Source: Candidatus Sericytochromatia bacterium
Lineage (GTDB): Bacteria; Cyanobacteriota; Sericytochromatia; S15B-MN24; UBA4093
DNA length: 64,000 nt
NCBI GenBank assembly: GCA_036676455.1
Contig: JAKFCW010000116.1
Location: 67,555 to 131,554 of the forward strand
Direction: 5' to 3'
The notes beneath the pieces were generated by a model, which worked only from the letters and a program-made list of their open reading frames with translations, was not told the DNA's origin and ran no database searches. The position numbers were made by a program, and so were the translations under genes. Below, one piece after another: positions 8,978 through 18,324 of this stretch. How positions within the stretch are numbered: the first letter of the stretch is position 1; every line of letters starts with the position of its first letter.

Positions 8978-11662
8978 ATGACCCTCTCGCCACAGGCGCT
9001 CAGCCCGACGCAATCCCCTACCGAACGCGAGCTCGGCGGCAAGGCCGCCAACCTCACGATCCTCGCCGCCCAGGGCTTCCCCGTCCCGCGCTTCGTGACG
9101 GTTCCCGTGTCCACCTTCCGCGCGTTCATGCGCGACGCGGCCCTCTACGACCCCATCCGATCCCTCCTCGCCGAGCTGGACTTCAAGCGCCCCGAGGCCG
9201 TATCGACAGCCAGCCGCACCATTCACGGCATGATCACCTCGCAGGCGATCCCCCCGACCCTGCACGCACCGATCCTCCGCGACGCCCAGGACTTCGGCGA
9301 CGCCTTCGTCGCCGTGCGCTCCTCCGCTCTGGGTGAGGACGGCAGCAAGGACTCGTTCGCCGGTCAGATGGACTCCTTCCTCTTCGTGCGGGGCGAAGAC
9401 GCCATCCTCGACTCGGTCCGCGCCTGCTGGGCCTCGGCATTCTCAGAGCGCGCGCTGAGCTACCGGCACATGAGGGGCGTGGATGTCCTGGCCATCGACA
9501 TCGCGGTCGTGATCCAGGAGATGGTCCACCCCGAGGTCTCGGGCGTCATGTTCACCGCCGATCCCCTCACGGGCGATCGCGACCTCATCGTCATCAACGG
9601 CACCTATGGCGCCGGCGAGGGCATCGTCTCGGGCGCCCTCGACACCGACTCCTTCAAGGTCTCCAAGACCTCCCGCGAGGTCACCACCGAGCTGGTCTCC
9701 AAGCCCACGATGTTCGCCTTCGACTCCCAGCGCGGCCAGGGCACCCTCGAGGTTCCCGTCCCGATCGCCCTCCAGGAGGCCGCCTGCCTGACAAGCGAGC
9801 AAGCCCAGGAGCTGGCGCGGCTGGGAGCGGCCATCGAGGCGCACTACGGCGCTCCCCAGGACATCGAGTGGGCACTCAGCGAGGGCCGGCTCTTCATCCT
9901 GCAATCCCGCCCCATCACCAACCTCAAGGTCCCGCAGGCCACGATCGGCCGCGAAATCGTCTGGGACAACTCCAACATCACCGAGTCCTACTCGGGCGTC
10001 ACCTCTCCGCTGACCTTCTCGTTCGCCTCGCAGGCCTACAACATCGTCTACAACCAGGTCTGCCGCGCCCTGGGAATCTCCGACGACGTGATCCGCCAGA
10101 ACGAGCAGACCTACCGCAACCTCTTGGGACTCGTGCGCGGACGGGTCTTCTACAACCTCGGCAACTGGTACCAGATGACCTCCCTGCTGCCCGGCTTCAA
10201 CTACAACAAGGGCTTCATGGAGCAGATGATGGGCGTCAAGGAGAAAGGCGTCCATCAGAAGGAAAAGAAGGACTACCGCGAGCTTCCCAAGCTCCTGATG
10301 GTCGTCTTCCGGATGCTCGATCACTACCGCAAGATCGACGGCACCGTGGCCGGCTTCCAGGCAAACTTCAACACGGCCTACGGCGAGTACAAGACCTTCG
10401 ACTGGAAGGCCATGCGCCCCGACGAGATCAAGGTCTGCTACCACGATCTCGAGCAGCGCCTCTTGTGGCGCTGGCAGGCCCCCATCCTCACCGACATCTC
10501 GGCGATGGTCTTCTACGGCGTCCTGAAGAAGCTCTGCGTCGCCTGGTGCGGCGACGAGTCCGGCTCGCTGCAAAACGACCTCTTGTGCGGCGAGGGCGAG
10601 ATCGAGTCCACCGAGCCCACCAAGGCCATCATGCGCATGGCGATCGCCGCCAAGGCCGACCCCAGCCTCAAGGCCTTCTTCGAGCAGACCCCCGACACCG
10701 AGATCTGGAGCCAGCTTCGCGGCACGGAGCGCTTCCCCGACATGCGCGCGCAGGTCCAGGACTTCCTCGACAAGTACGGCTACCGCTGCATGAACGAGCT
10801 CAAGCTCGAGGAGAAAAACCTCAAGGAAGACCCCAGCTTCGTCTTCGCCATGGTCAAGAACTACCTCAAGATGGAGAAGCTGGACATCGCCGCCATGGAG
10901 GCCAACGAGCGCAAGATCCGCGAGCAGGCCGAGCAGCTCGTCAAGGAGAAGCTGGGTGGCAACCCCTTACGCCTGGCGGTCTTCCGCTGGGTGGTCTTCA
11001 ACGCCCGCCGCCACGTCAAGAACCGCGAGAACATGCGCTTCGCGCGCACCAAGATCTTCGGCATCCTGCGCGACATGTTCCAGTCCATCGGCGCCACCTT
11101 CGCGGCCTGGGACGTCCTCGACGACTCGCAGGACATCTTCTACCTGAACCTCGAGGAAATCTGGGGCTACATCCAGGGCACGGCCACCAGCACCAACCTC
11201 AAGGGCCTGGCCGCCCTGCGCAAGGCCGAGTTCGACCGCTACCGCCAGGAAGACGTCGACGACCGCTTCAAGACCTTTGGAACGGTCCACCACGCCAACC
11301 ACTTCGAGGGCGATCGCTCCAGCGAACCCGACGACCCGAACCTCCTCAAGGGCATCAGCTGCTGCCCCGGCGTCGTCAAGACGACCGTGCGCGTCATCCG
11401 CTCGCCGGAAGACGACATGAGCCTCAACGGCCAGATCCTGGTCGCCGAGCGCACCGATCCCGGCTGGGTGCCGCTTTACCCCGCAGCTTCCGGGTTGCTC
11501 ATCGAGCGCGGCAGCATCCTCAGCCACTCGGCCATCGTCGCCCGAGAGCTGGGCCTTCCCACCATCGTGGGCATCAAGAACCTGACCAAGCGCGTCAAGG
11601 ACGGCCAGCTCGTCGAGATGGACGCCCGCCTGGGCATCGTCCGCCTCAACCCGGAGCCCTGA
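8978..11662 (+). CDS. PEP-utilising enzyme family protein, with an N-terminal PEP-synthase/PPDK ATP-grasp domain and a C-terminal swivel phosphohistidine domain (rifampicin-phosphotransferase-like architecture)
   Basis: 894 aa. N-terminus GGKAANLTIL…VAVRSSALGEDGSKDSFAGQ (PPDK_N). C-terminus …NGQILVAERTDPGWVPLY…ILSHSAIVARELGLPTIVG (PEP-utilisers mobile domain with the catalytic His). RBS AGGAGA. Confidence 0.8.
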   Translation: MTLSPQALSPTQSPTERELGGKAANLTILAAQGFPVPRFVTVPVSTFRAFMRDAALYDPIRSLLAELDFKRPEAVSTASRTIHGMITSQAIPPTLHAPILRDAQDFGDAFVAVRSSALGEDGSKDSFAGQMDSFLFVRGEDAILDSVRACWASAFSERALSYRHMRGVDVLAIDIAVVIQEMVHPEVSGVMFTADPLTGDRDLIVINGTYGAGEGIVSGALDTDSFKVSKTSREVTTELVSKPTMFAFDSQRGQGTLEVPVPIALQEAACLTSEQAQELARLGAAIEAHYGAPQDIEWALSEGRLFILQSRPITNLKVPQATIGREIVWDNSNITESYSGVTSPLTFSFASQAYNIVYNQVCRALGISDDVIRQNEQTYRNLLGLVRGRVFYNLGNWYQMTSLLPGFNYNKGFMEQMMGVKEKGVHQKEKKDYRELPKLLMVVFRMLDHYRKIDGTVAGFQANFNTAYGEYKTFDWKAMRPDEIKVCYHDLEQRLLWRWQAPILTDISAMVFYGVLKKLCVAWCGDESGSLQNDLLCGEGEIESTEPTKAIMRMAIAAKADPSLKAFFEQTPDTEIWSQLRGTERFPDMRAQVQDFLDKYGYRCMNELKLEEKNLKEDPSFVFAMVKNYLKMEKLDIAAMEANERKIREQAEQLVKEKLGGNPLRLAVFRWVVFNARRHVKNRENMRFARTKIFGILRDMFQSIGATFAAWDVLDDSQDIFYLNLEEIWGYIQGTATSTNLKGLAALRKAEFDRYRQEDVDDRFKTFGTVHHANHFEGDRSSEPDDPNLLKGISCCPGVVKTTVRVIRSPEDDMSLNGQILVAERTDPGWVPLYPAASGLLIERGSILSHSAIVARELGLPTIVGIKNLTKRVKDGQLVEMDARLGIVRLNPEP

Positions 11663-12756
11663 TGCACGTCGCGCACAGCACGGACCTCCGGGACTCCGCC
11701 TTCCGGGAAGCCTTCATCGGGCTTCCCTACCGGCTGCACCGGGGGGATCGCGCATGGATCCCCCCGTTCCGGAACGCCATGCGCGCGCAACTAGCCCCCG
11801 ACGCCGCCTTCACCCGGCACGGCGACTGGGGCCACTTCCTCGCCTACGACGGCAAGACCCCCGTCGCCCGCTGCTCGGCCATGATCAACCCGCGCTACGA
11901 ACAGGGCCTCGGCTTCGTGGGCTACTTCGAGGCTGCGGACGACTTCAAGGCCTCGGAAGCCGTCCTCTCGGCGGCCGTCGACTGGCTGCGCGAGCGCGGC
12001 GTCACGACCATCCGCGGCCCCATCAACACCAGCACCTACTTCCCGTATCGCTTCATGACCGAGGGCTTCGAGCATGGGGCCTTCTTCCTGGAGCCCTACA
12101 ACCCCCGCCACTACCCCGAGCACTGGCTGCGCTTCGGCTTCACGGCCTGCTGCGGCTACTCCTCGTCCATCGTCGACTCGGCCCGCTTCGCGGCCGGGAC
12201 CAAGCGCCACCACGAACGGGCCGTGGCCGCGGGCTACCAGGCGCGCCCCTTCGACCCGTCGCGCTTCGACTCCGAGCTGCGGCTCATGTACGACCTGTCC
12301 ACGGCCATCTTCCAGGGCTCCTGGATGTGGCGGCCGGTGGAGTTCTCGGAGTTCAAGCTCCTCTACGCCGGCATGCGCGGCATCATGGACCCCGACCTCT
12401 GCTACTTCCTCTTCCAGGCTGAGACGCCCGTCGGCTTCGTCTTCGGGCTGCCGGACTTCGCCCCGGCCATCCGGAGCATGAACGGCAGTCAATCGCTCTG
12501 GGCGAAGGCCCGCTTCGTGATGAAGCGCCGCGAGACGCCCGCGGCCCTCTTGAAAACGTTCGGAGTGCTTCCCGACCACCGCAACGGCTCGCTGGCCCTG
12601 TCGCTCTCGCACCTCATGCACGACGCGGCCGCCCGCAAGGGCTACGCCAGGACCGTTCACTCCCTGATGCGAGACGACAACACCAGCCTCCGGATGTCTC
12701 AGCGCTTCGGCGGCGAGACCTTCAAGCGCTACGCCCTCTACGAGCTGGAGGCCTGA
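11662..12756 (+). CDS. Acyl-CoA N-acyltransferase with a C-terminal GNAT domain and an N-terminal domain of unknown function
   Basis: 364 aa. The ATG overlaps the upstream stop (TGATG). The C-terminal GNAT motif A (…VLPDHRNGSLALSLSHLMHDAAARKGYARTVHSLMRDDNTSLRMSQRFGG…) is assigned from memory; the N-terminal ~200 aa are unassigned. The 962-aa ORF 9868..12756 in the track is an out-of-frame artefact that happens to merge into this frame. Confidence 0.55.
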   Translation: MHVAHSTDLRDSAFREAFIGLPYRLHRGDRAWIPPFRNAMRAQLAPDAAFTRHGDWGHFLAYDGKTPVARCSAMINPRYEQGLGFVGYFEAADDFKASEAVLSAAVDWLRERGVTTIRGPINTSTYFPYRFMTEGFEHGAFFLEPYNPRHYPEHWLRFGFTACCGYSSSIVDSARFAAGTKRHHERAVAAGYQARPFDPSRFDSELRLMYDLSTAIFQGSWMWRPVEFSEFKLLYAGMRGIMDPDLCYFLFQAETPVGFVFGLPDFAPAIRSMNGSQSLWAKARFVMKRRETPAALLKTFGVLPDHRNGSLALSLSHLMHDAAARKGYARTVHSLMRDDNTSLRMSQRFGGETFKRYALYELEA

Positions 12757-12760
12757 GCCC

Positions 12761-14422
12761 ATGCAACGCCTTTTCACCCACTCGAACGTCATCGGCTACC
12801 TCGACCACTGGGCCGCCGTGACCCCCGACCAGCCCGCCGTCGTCTTCCCGAAACAGTCGCGCCCGGACGCTCAGCACCCCCTGGGCGTCGCGCTCGACTA
12901 CGACACGGTCAGTTTCGCCGAGCTGAGCCGCCGCGTGAACCGCCTCGCGGCCTCGCTGAGCACCCGCGGCTTGTCCCAAGGCGATCGCGTGGTCGTCATG
13001 ATCCCCATGAGCCTCGAGCTCTACACCCTGCTCCTGGCCCTCTTGAAGCTGGGCGTGATCATCGTCTTCATCGACCCGTGGGTGGGCCTGCCTCAGATCA
13101 AGCGCTGCATCGCGCTCACCGAGCCCAAGGCCTTTGCCGGCATCCCCATGATCCAGTTGCTGGGCCGCCTCACCGGAGTGCTCTCCCCCATCCCCCTGCG
13201 CCTGACCGCCCGCGGTCCCGCCCGGCTCGGCGAGCTCCAGCTGGAACGCCTACTAAACGAGGATCACCCTCCCGTGAGCACCCGGGAAGTCTCGCCGGAG
13301 GATACCGCCCTGGTCACCTTCACCACGGGCAGCACGGGCATCCCCAAGGGCTCCAACCGCACCCACGGGTTCTTGATGGCCCAGCACCGGGCGCTGGCGC
13401 GGGAGATGGGCTTGCGGGCGGGGGAAAAGGACCTCACGACCCTGCCCATCTTCGTGCTGAACAACCTGGCCGCCGGGGTGACCAGCGTGCTGCCGATGAT
13501 GAAGTCGTCCAAGCCCTCGGAGGTCGATCCCCGGGTCATCCTGAGGCAGATCCAGGATCACGGGATCGCCACTGCCGTGGGCTCACCCGCCTACTGGAAG
13601 CCCATCGCCGACTACTGCCAGGCCAACGGCCTGCAGCTTCCCACCTTGCGCACGCTCTTCACGGGCGGAGGACCGGTGCCCCCGGGCCTGCTCGAAACCC
13701 TTCGCCCCCTGATGCCTAACGGCGAGGCCTTCATCGGCTACGGTTCCACCGAGGCCGAACCCGTCGCCCTGATCTCGGCCACGGAGGTCTGCGAGGAAAC
13801 CGGCGCCCTGACCCGCGAGGGGCTCGGCAACTGCGTCGGCAAGCCCGCCCATGGCATCCGCCTCAAGGTCATCCGGATCGTCGACGGTCCCGTCACCGTG
13901 GGCCCTGACGGCCTCTCCGCCCTCGAGCTGCCCGCAGGGGAAAACGGCGAGCTGGTCGTGACCGGCGATCACGTCGGCAAGGACTACTACCGCAACCCCG
14001 AGGCCGTGCGCGAGAACAAGATCACGGACGCCGACGGCACCATCTGGCACCGCCTGGGCGACGTGGGCTACCTCGACACCACGGGGCGCATCTGGCTGAC
14101 GGGACGCGTGAACAACCTGATCGCGCACGGCACGCGCACGCTCTACCCGATCCAGGTGGAGGCCCTCGTCCACCAGCTCGACTTCGTGGGCAAGGCCGCC
14201 GTCCTGAACCACCGGGACAAGCTCTTGCTGGCGCTCAGCCCGGTGGAATGGGGCGATCGCCGGCAGCGCCGAACCTGGGAGGAAGCCCTGCACGCGCACA
14301 TGCTCCTCAACGGGATCCCCCTGGACCGGGTCGTCTTCCTCCGGAAGATGCCCGTGGATCCCCGCCACAACGTCAAGATCGATTACGCGAAGCTGAAACG
14401 GCGCTTGAGCCGAGAATTCTAG
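12761..14422 (+). CDS. AMP-dependent synthetase/ligase (ANL adenylate-forming enzyme, possibly a fatty-acyl-AMP/CoA ligase)
   Basis: 553 aa. Core motif TSGSTGIPKG, followed by YGSTE and the hinge D residue. It begins 5 nt after the upstream gene. Confidence 0.85.
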   Translation: MQRLFTHSNVIGYLDHWAAVTPDQPAVVFPKQSRPDAQHPLGVALDYDTVSFAELSRRVNRLAASLSTRGLSQGDRVVVMIPMSLELYTLLLALLKLGVIIVFIDPWVGLPQIKRCIALTEPKAFAGIPMIQLLGRLTGVLSPIPLRLTARGPARLGELQLERLLNEDHPPVSTREVSPEDTALVTFTTGSTGIPKGSNRTHGFLMAQHRALAREMGLRAGEKDLTTLPIFVLNNLAAGVTSVLPMMKSSKPSEVDPRVILRQIQDHGIATAVGSPAYWKPIADYCQANGLQLPTLRTLFTGGGPVPPGLLETLRPLMPNGEAFIGYGSTEAEPVALISATEVCEETGALTREGLGNCVGKPAHGIRLKVIRIVDGPVTVGPDGLSALELPAGENGELVVTGDHVGKDYYRNPEAVRENKITDADGTIWHRLGDVGYLDTTGRIWLTGRVNNLIAHGTRTLYPIQVEALVHQLDFVGKAAVLNHRDKLLLALSPVEWGDRRQRRTWEEALHAHMLLNGIPLDRVVFLRKMPVDPRHNVKIDYAKLKRRLSREF

Positions 14423-14433
14423 GAGGAGCCCCC

Positions 14434-16683
14434 ATGCTCAAAGGTCGCTTCGCCAGGCTGGGCGCCTGGCTCTACCGCCGAAGGCTCGCCGTCATCGGCT
14501 TCTGGGTGATCGCCGTCATCGTCGCGAGCCTGGGCTCCGCGCGCATCACCGAGGTGCTTTCGGGAGGCACCGGAGGCATCGCCGGCAGCCAGTCGGATCG
14601 CGTCGAGCGCATCCTCGGCACCGAGTTCGAGAATCCCTACTCCCAGGTGCTGGTGCTGGTGGCCAAGAGCGACCGCCAGACCGTGGACGATCCGACCTTC
14701 AAGCAGTTCCTGGCCGACGCCACCTCCCGCCTGAAGGCGCACCCGGCGGTCTCGGACGTCACCGCCTACCCGGAGGCCGACGACGTCCGCTTGCTATCCG
14801 ACGACCGGCGCGAGACCTTCGCCTTCGTGGGCCTGAAGGCCCGCGACGTACGCGGCTCCGAGAGGGCCGTGCAGCCCATCCGCGAGGCCGTCCGGGCCGC
14901 CGGCGAGGCCGCCCGCAAGCAGGATCCCAGCTTCGAGTGGCACGTCACCGGCCGCGGCGCCCTGACCTACGACATCAACCAGTTCAGCACCGAGGACACC
15001 ACCCGGGCCGAGACCCGGAGCATGCCCCTGACCATGTTGGTGCTGCTGCTGGCCTTCGGCACCCTGATGGCCGCGGGCGTGCCCCTGATCATGGGGGCCT
15101 TCGCCATCGTGATCACCCAGGGCCTGCTTTACCTGGTGGCCGGCAACATCGAGCTGACGGCCTTCGCCCAGAGCGTGTCGACCATGCTCGGCCTCGCCAT
15201 GGGCATCGACTACTCGCTGTTGATGGTCAACCGCTTCCGCGACGCGCTCGCCCGGGGGCTGGAGACGGCCCAGGCGGTGGAGGAGACGGTGGCAACGGCG
15301 GGCGTGGCCGTGCTCTTCTCGGGGCTGACCGTGCTGATCGGCTTCACCGGCCTGGTCGCCACGCCCATCCTCGACACCCGCTCCATCGGCTGGGGCGGCT
15401 TCATCGTCGTGATCGGCTCGGTGACCCTCGCCCTCACCCTGCTTCCGGCCATCCTGGGAGTGCTCGGGCCGCGCGTGGACTCGCCCCGCTGGCTGAAGCT
15501 GCCGACGCTTGCCAGCCAGCAAGCCACCTGGCGCGCCTGGGCGCAGCGGATCATGAAGCGCCCCGTGCCCTACGGACTCACGGCAATGGTCCTGCTCTTG
15601 GCGCTGAGCTGGCCGGCGGCAACCATCAAGCTCGGCTTCCCCGAGGGCCGCTGGCTGCCGGAACGCCTTGAGTACCAGCAGGGCTTCGACGCCCTGATCG
15701 CCATGGACAAGGGGGGCGTGGTCGCGCCCATCCACTTGATCCTGAAGACCGACCAGGAGGCCCTGAGCCTGAAGACCCTGCCGGCCCTGATGGCCTACTC
15801 GCGCGACCTCGCCCGGGACCCGCGGGTGGCCGAGGTGGCGGGCCCCGTCGACCTGCGCCGGGACCTGGGGGCGGCCCAGTACTTCATGCTCTACCGCGAC
15901 CTGGACGAAGCCATCCGGCAGTACCCCTTGCTCGGGCAGCTCTTCCTGAGCCGCGATCGCCAGACGACCTACATGTACCTCACCCTCAAGGACGACGTGG
16001 CCTTCGAGGAGACCAAGCGTTTCGCCAGGGAGCTGGAGAGCAAGGCTCCGGCGGGCTTCACGGTGCTGGTGGGCGGGCAGGCGTCCTTCTACAACGACTT
16101 CGACGCGGCGATGCTGGGGATCTACCCCTGGGTGATCGGCTTCGTCCTGCTCGCCACCTTGGTGGTGATGGCCGTGGCGTTCCGGTCCTACCTGGTTCCC
16201 GTCAAGGCGGTCCTGATGAATCTCCTCTCGGTCGGAGCCGGGTACGGCGCGGTCGTGGCGGTCTTCCAGTACGGCTGGGGGGCGGGAATCTTCGGGCTGG
16301 ACGCTCCGTCGGGGGCGATTCCCCTGAGCATCCCGTTGATGCTCTTCTGCATCATCTTCGGCCTGTCCATGGACTACGAGGTTTTCCTGCTGCATCGCAT
16401 CAAGGAGGTCTACGAGGAAACCGGGGACAATACCCATGCAACCGTGGAGGGCGTGGCCTCGACGGCCGGCATCATCACGTCGGCGGCGCTCATCATGGTC
16501 GTGGTCTTCGGGGCCTTCGCCTGGGCCGAGATGGTGATCGTGCAGATGCTGGGGCTGGGGCTGGCCGTGGCGGTGCTGGTGGACGCCACCATCATCCGCG
16601 TGCTACTGGTGCCGGCGTTCATGCGGCTGGCCGGGGACTGGAACTGGCGGGGCTTCGGACGAAAGGGACGTCATGTCGCTTAG
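14434..16683 (+). CDS. MMPL/RND-superfamily exporter (HpnN/MmpL-like, two sterol-sensing-like 6-TM bundles)
   Basis: About 749 aa from ATG 14434 (RBS GGAGGAG). Two hydrophobic 6-TM blocks separated by soluble periplasmic domains. Conserved MMPL segments …GIDYSLLMVNRFRD… and …GLSMDYEVFLLHRIKE…. Confidence 0.85.
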   Translation: MLKGRFARLGAWLYRRRLAVIGFWVIAVIVASLGSARITEVLSGGTGGIAGSQSDRVERILGTEFENPYSQVLVLVAKSDRQTVDDPTFKQFLADATSRLKAHPAVSDVTAYPEADDVRLLSDDRRETFAFVGLKARDVRGSERAVQPIREAVRAAGEAARKQDPSFEWHVTGRGALTYDINQFSTEDTTRAETRSMPLTMLVLLLAFGTLMAAGVPLIMGAFAIVITQGLLYLVAGNIELTAFAQSVSTMLGLAMGIDYSLLMVNRFRDALARGLETAQAVEETVATAGVAVLFSGLTVLIGFTGLVATPILDTRSIGWGGFIVVIGSVTLALTLLPAILGVLGPRVDSPRWLKLPTLASQQATWRAWAQRIMKRPVPYGLTAMVLLLALSWPAATIKLGFPEGRWLPERLEYQQGFDALIAMDKGGVVAPIHLILKTDQEALSLKTLPALMAYSRDLARDPRVAEVAGPVDLRRDLGAAQYFMLYRDLDEAIRQYPLLGQLFLSRDRQTTYMYLTLKDDVAFEETKRFARELESKAPAGFTVLVGGQASFYNDFDAAMLGIYPWVIGFVLLATLVVMAVAFRSYLVPVKAVLMNLLSVGAGYGAVVAVFQYGWGAGIFGLDAPSGAIPLSIPLMLFCIIFGLSMDYEVFLLHRIKEVYEETGDNTHATVEGVASTAGIITSAALIMVVVFGAFAWAEMVIVQMLGLGLAVAVLVDATIIRVLLVPAFMRLAGDWNWRGFGRKGRHVA

Positions 16684-17128
16684 AAATCTCGATTGGAAGC
16701 GCTGGGTCGACCGAGCGCTGAGCGTGGCGGCCGTGGTCATGATCGCGGTGGTGCTGGGGAAGTACTTCTGGCCGCGGGCCGGCGAGGCGGTGGACGGGGA
16801 GGCGATCGCCTTCATGACGAGCGGCCAGCCGGCCCTGGTCGAGTTCAGCCAGACCCATTGTCCCGCGTGCGTCGTGTCGCGGCCGATGGTGGCCGGCATC
16901 CGCAAGGACTACGAGGGCCGAGCCGTCGTCAAGGTCTACGAGCTCGACCGGCTGGGGGATTACCCGGAAGGCGAGGCCGTGAGGCAGCTGGCCCCAAGGC
17001 TCGGAGTGCGGGCCACGCCGACCTTCGTGGTGCTGGACGCGGCGGGCAAGCCCGTCAAGCGCTTCGTGGGGCCGACCTCGGGCCCCAGCTTGCGGCAAGC
17101 GCTCGACGAGGCCCTCGCGGCTAGGTGA
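16673..17128 (+). CDS. Membrane-anchored thioredoxin-fold protein (CPAC active site)
   Basis: 151 aa. N-terminal TM anchor, then the WCPAC-type motif (…FSQTHCPACVV…) and a thioredoxin fold (…ATPTFVVL…). It overlaps the MMPL stop by 11 nt. Confidence 0.75.
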   Translation: MSLRNLDWKRWVDRALSVAAVVMIAVVLGKYFWPRAGEAVDGEAIAFMTSGQPALVEFSQTHCPACVVSRPMVAGIRKDYEGRAVVKVYELDRLGDYPEGEAVRQLAPRLGVRATPTFVVLDAAGKPVKRFVGPTSGPSLRQALDEALAAR

Positions 17129-17274
17129 GCGGCCGCACCTCTGCTATCATGGGGATTCAACCAAGTGACTAAGAGCGCCTAACAAAACTGTTCCTTCGAG
17201 CCGCCCCCGGCGGCCACCGGTCGTAACATGCCTGGTTTTGTTAGATGCTCAGAGAGATTCGGAGCATCGCCACC

Positions 17275-17622
17275 GTGAACACCGTCATCTACCACAACCC
17301 CCGCTGCAGCAAGAGCCGCCAGGCCCTTGCCCTGCTCGAAGCGGCCGGCGCGGACGCGCAGGTCGTCAAGTACCTGGAGACCCCGCCCTCGGCCGAAGAG
17401 CTCGACGTGCTGCTGAGCAAGCTGAGCATGGAGCCCGTCGAGGTCATGCGCAAGCAGGACGACCTCTTCAAGGAGCTCGGCTTGGTGGGCAAGAGCCTGA
17501 GTCGCGAGGAAGGCATCCGGCTGCTGGTGGAGCATCCCGCCCTGCTGGAGCGGCCGATCGTCGTCAAGGGCGACAAGGCCGTCGTGGCGCGCCCGCCCGA
17601 GCGCGTGAGCGAGATCCTGTGA
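17275..17622 (+). CDS. ArsC/Spx-family thioredoxin-fold protein (arsenate-reductase-like, YffB-type)
   Basis: …TVIYHNPRCSKSRQALALLE… motif. An upstream in-frame ATG at 17245 is an alternative start. Stop overlaps engB start. Confidence 0.7.
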   Translation: MNTVIYHNPRCSKSRQALALLEAAGADAQVVKYLETPPSAEELDVLLSKLSMEPVEVMRKQDDLFKELGLVGKSLSREEGIRLLVEHPALLERPIVVKGDKAVVARPPERVSEIL

Positions 17623-18212
17623 AGATCCTCTCCGCGGACTTCGTCTGCTCGGCCGTCAAGCCGGAACAACACCCGCGCCAGCGCTTCCCCGGCGTGGCCT
17701 TCGCGGGCCGCTCGAACGTGGGCAAGAGCTCGCTGATCAACAAGCTGGTGAACCGCAAGGCCCTGGCGAAGATCTCGGCCAAGCCCGGCAAGACGGCGAC
17801 GCTCAACTTCTTCGTCGTCAACAACCAGATGTACCTGGTGGATCTGCCCGGCTACGGCTACGCCAAGGTCTCCAAGGCCGAGAAGGCCGCATGGGGCCAG
17901 ATGATCGAGCATTTCCTGAACACCTACGAGGACCTGAAGGGGCTGGTGCTGATCGTCGATCTGCGGCATCCGCCCTCGCCGGACGATCTCCAGATGTACC
18001 AGTGGGCGAAGGCCGCCGGGATGCCGGTGGTGGTAGCCGCCACCAAGGCGGACAAGCTGAAGCGCTCGGAGCTGGACAAGCACATCGCGCACGTCTGGGA
18101 GGGGCTGGGGATGGAGCACTTCCCCGAGGACGAGGTCATCGCGGTCTCGGCCGAGAGCGGTCTCAACCGGGACCGGCTCTGGACGGCGATCGCCGGCTTG
18201 ATGTCCCGCTAG
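17619..18212 (+). CDS. engB: Ribosome-biogenesis GTP-binding protein EngB/YihA
   Basis: G1 motif GRSNVGKSS, G3 DLPGYG and G4 TKADK. The GTG start overlaps the upstream stop. Confidence 0.85.
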   Translation: MKILSADFVCSAVKPEQHPRQRFPGVAFAGRSNVGKSSLINKLVNRKALAKISAKPGKTATLNFFVVNNQMYLVDLPGYGYAKVSKAEKAAWGQMIEHFLNTYEDLKGLVLIVDLRHPPSPDDLQMYQWAKAAGMPVVVAATKADKLKRSELDKHIAHVWEGLGMEHFPEDEVIAVSAESGLNRDRLWTAIAGLMSR

Positions 18213-18221
18213 CCGAACCCC

Positions 18222-18250
18222 CCGCCAGTCGGGAAACGCCGGGGCGTTTC
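18222..18250 (+). terminator. GC-rich hairpin (GGAAACGCC gg GGCGTTTCC) after engB
   Basis: Perfect 9-bp inverted repeat read directly. No strong T-run. Confidence 0.4.
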
Positions 18251-18324
18251 CATCGAATTCCTTGGCCCTTCGGACCAAGGCCCCCTCGCGCCGGGATCCC
18301 TATCATGGGGCGAGGGGGGACCGC

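Noticed and set aside
9868-12756. 962-aa ORF rich in Arg, Pro, Gly and His spanning most of the PEP-utilising enzyme gene and the GNAT gene
   Set aside because: It is an alternative-frame artefact typical of high-GC DNA, with extreme composition (RPRG repeats) and no start context. It only becomes meaningful from 11662, where it coincides with the real GNAT-like gene.
14794-16437. 547-aa minus-strand ORF antisense to the MMPL transporter gene
   Set aside because: Shadow ORF. The plus-strand frame has clear MMPL TM architecture and conserved motifs. The antisense product is an Arg/Gly/His-rich low-complexity sequence.
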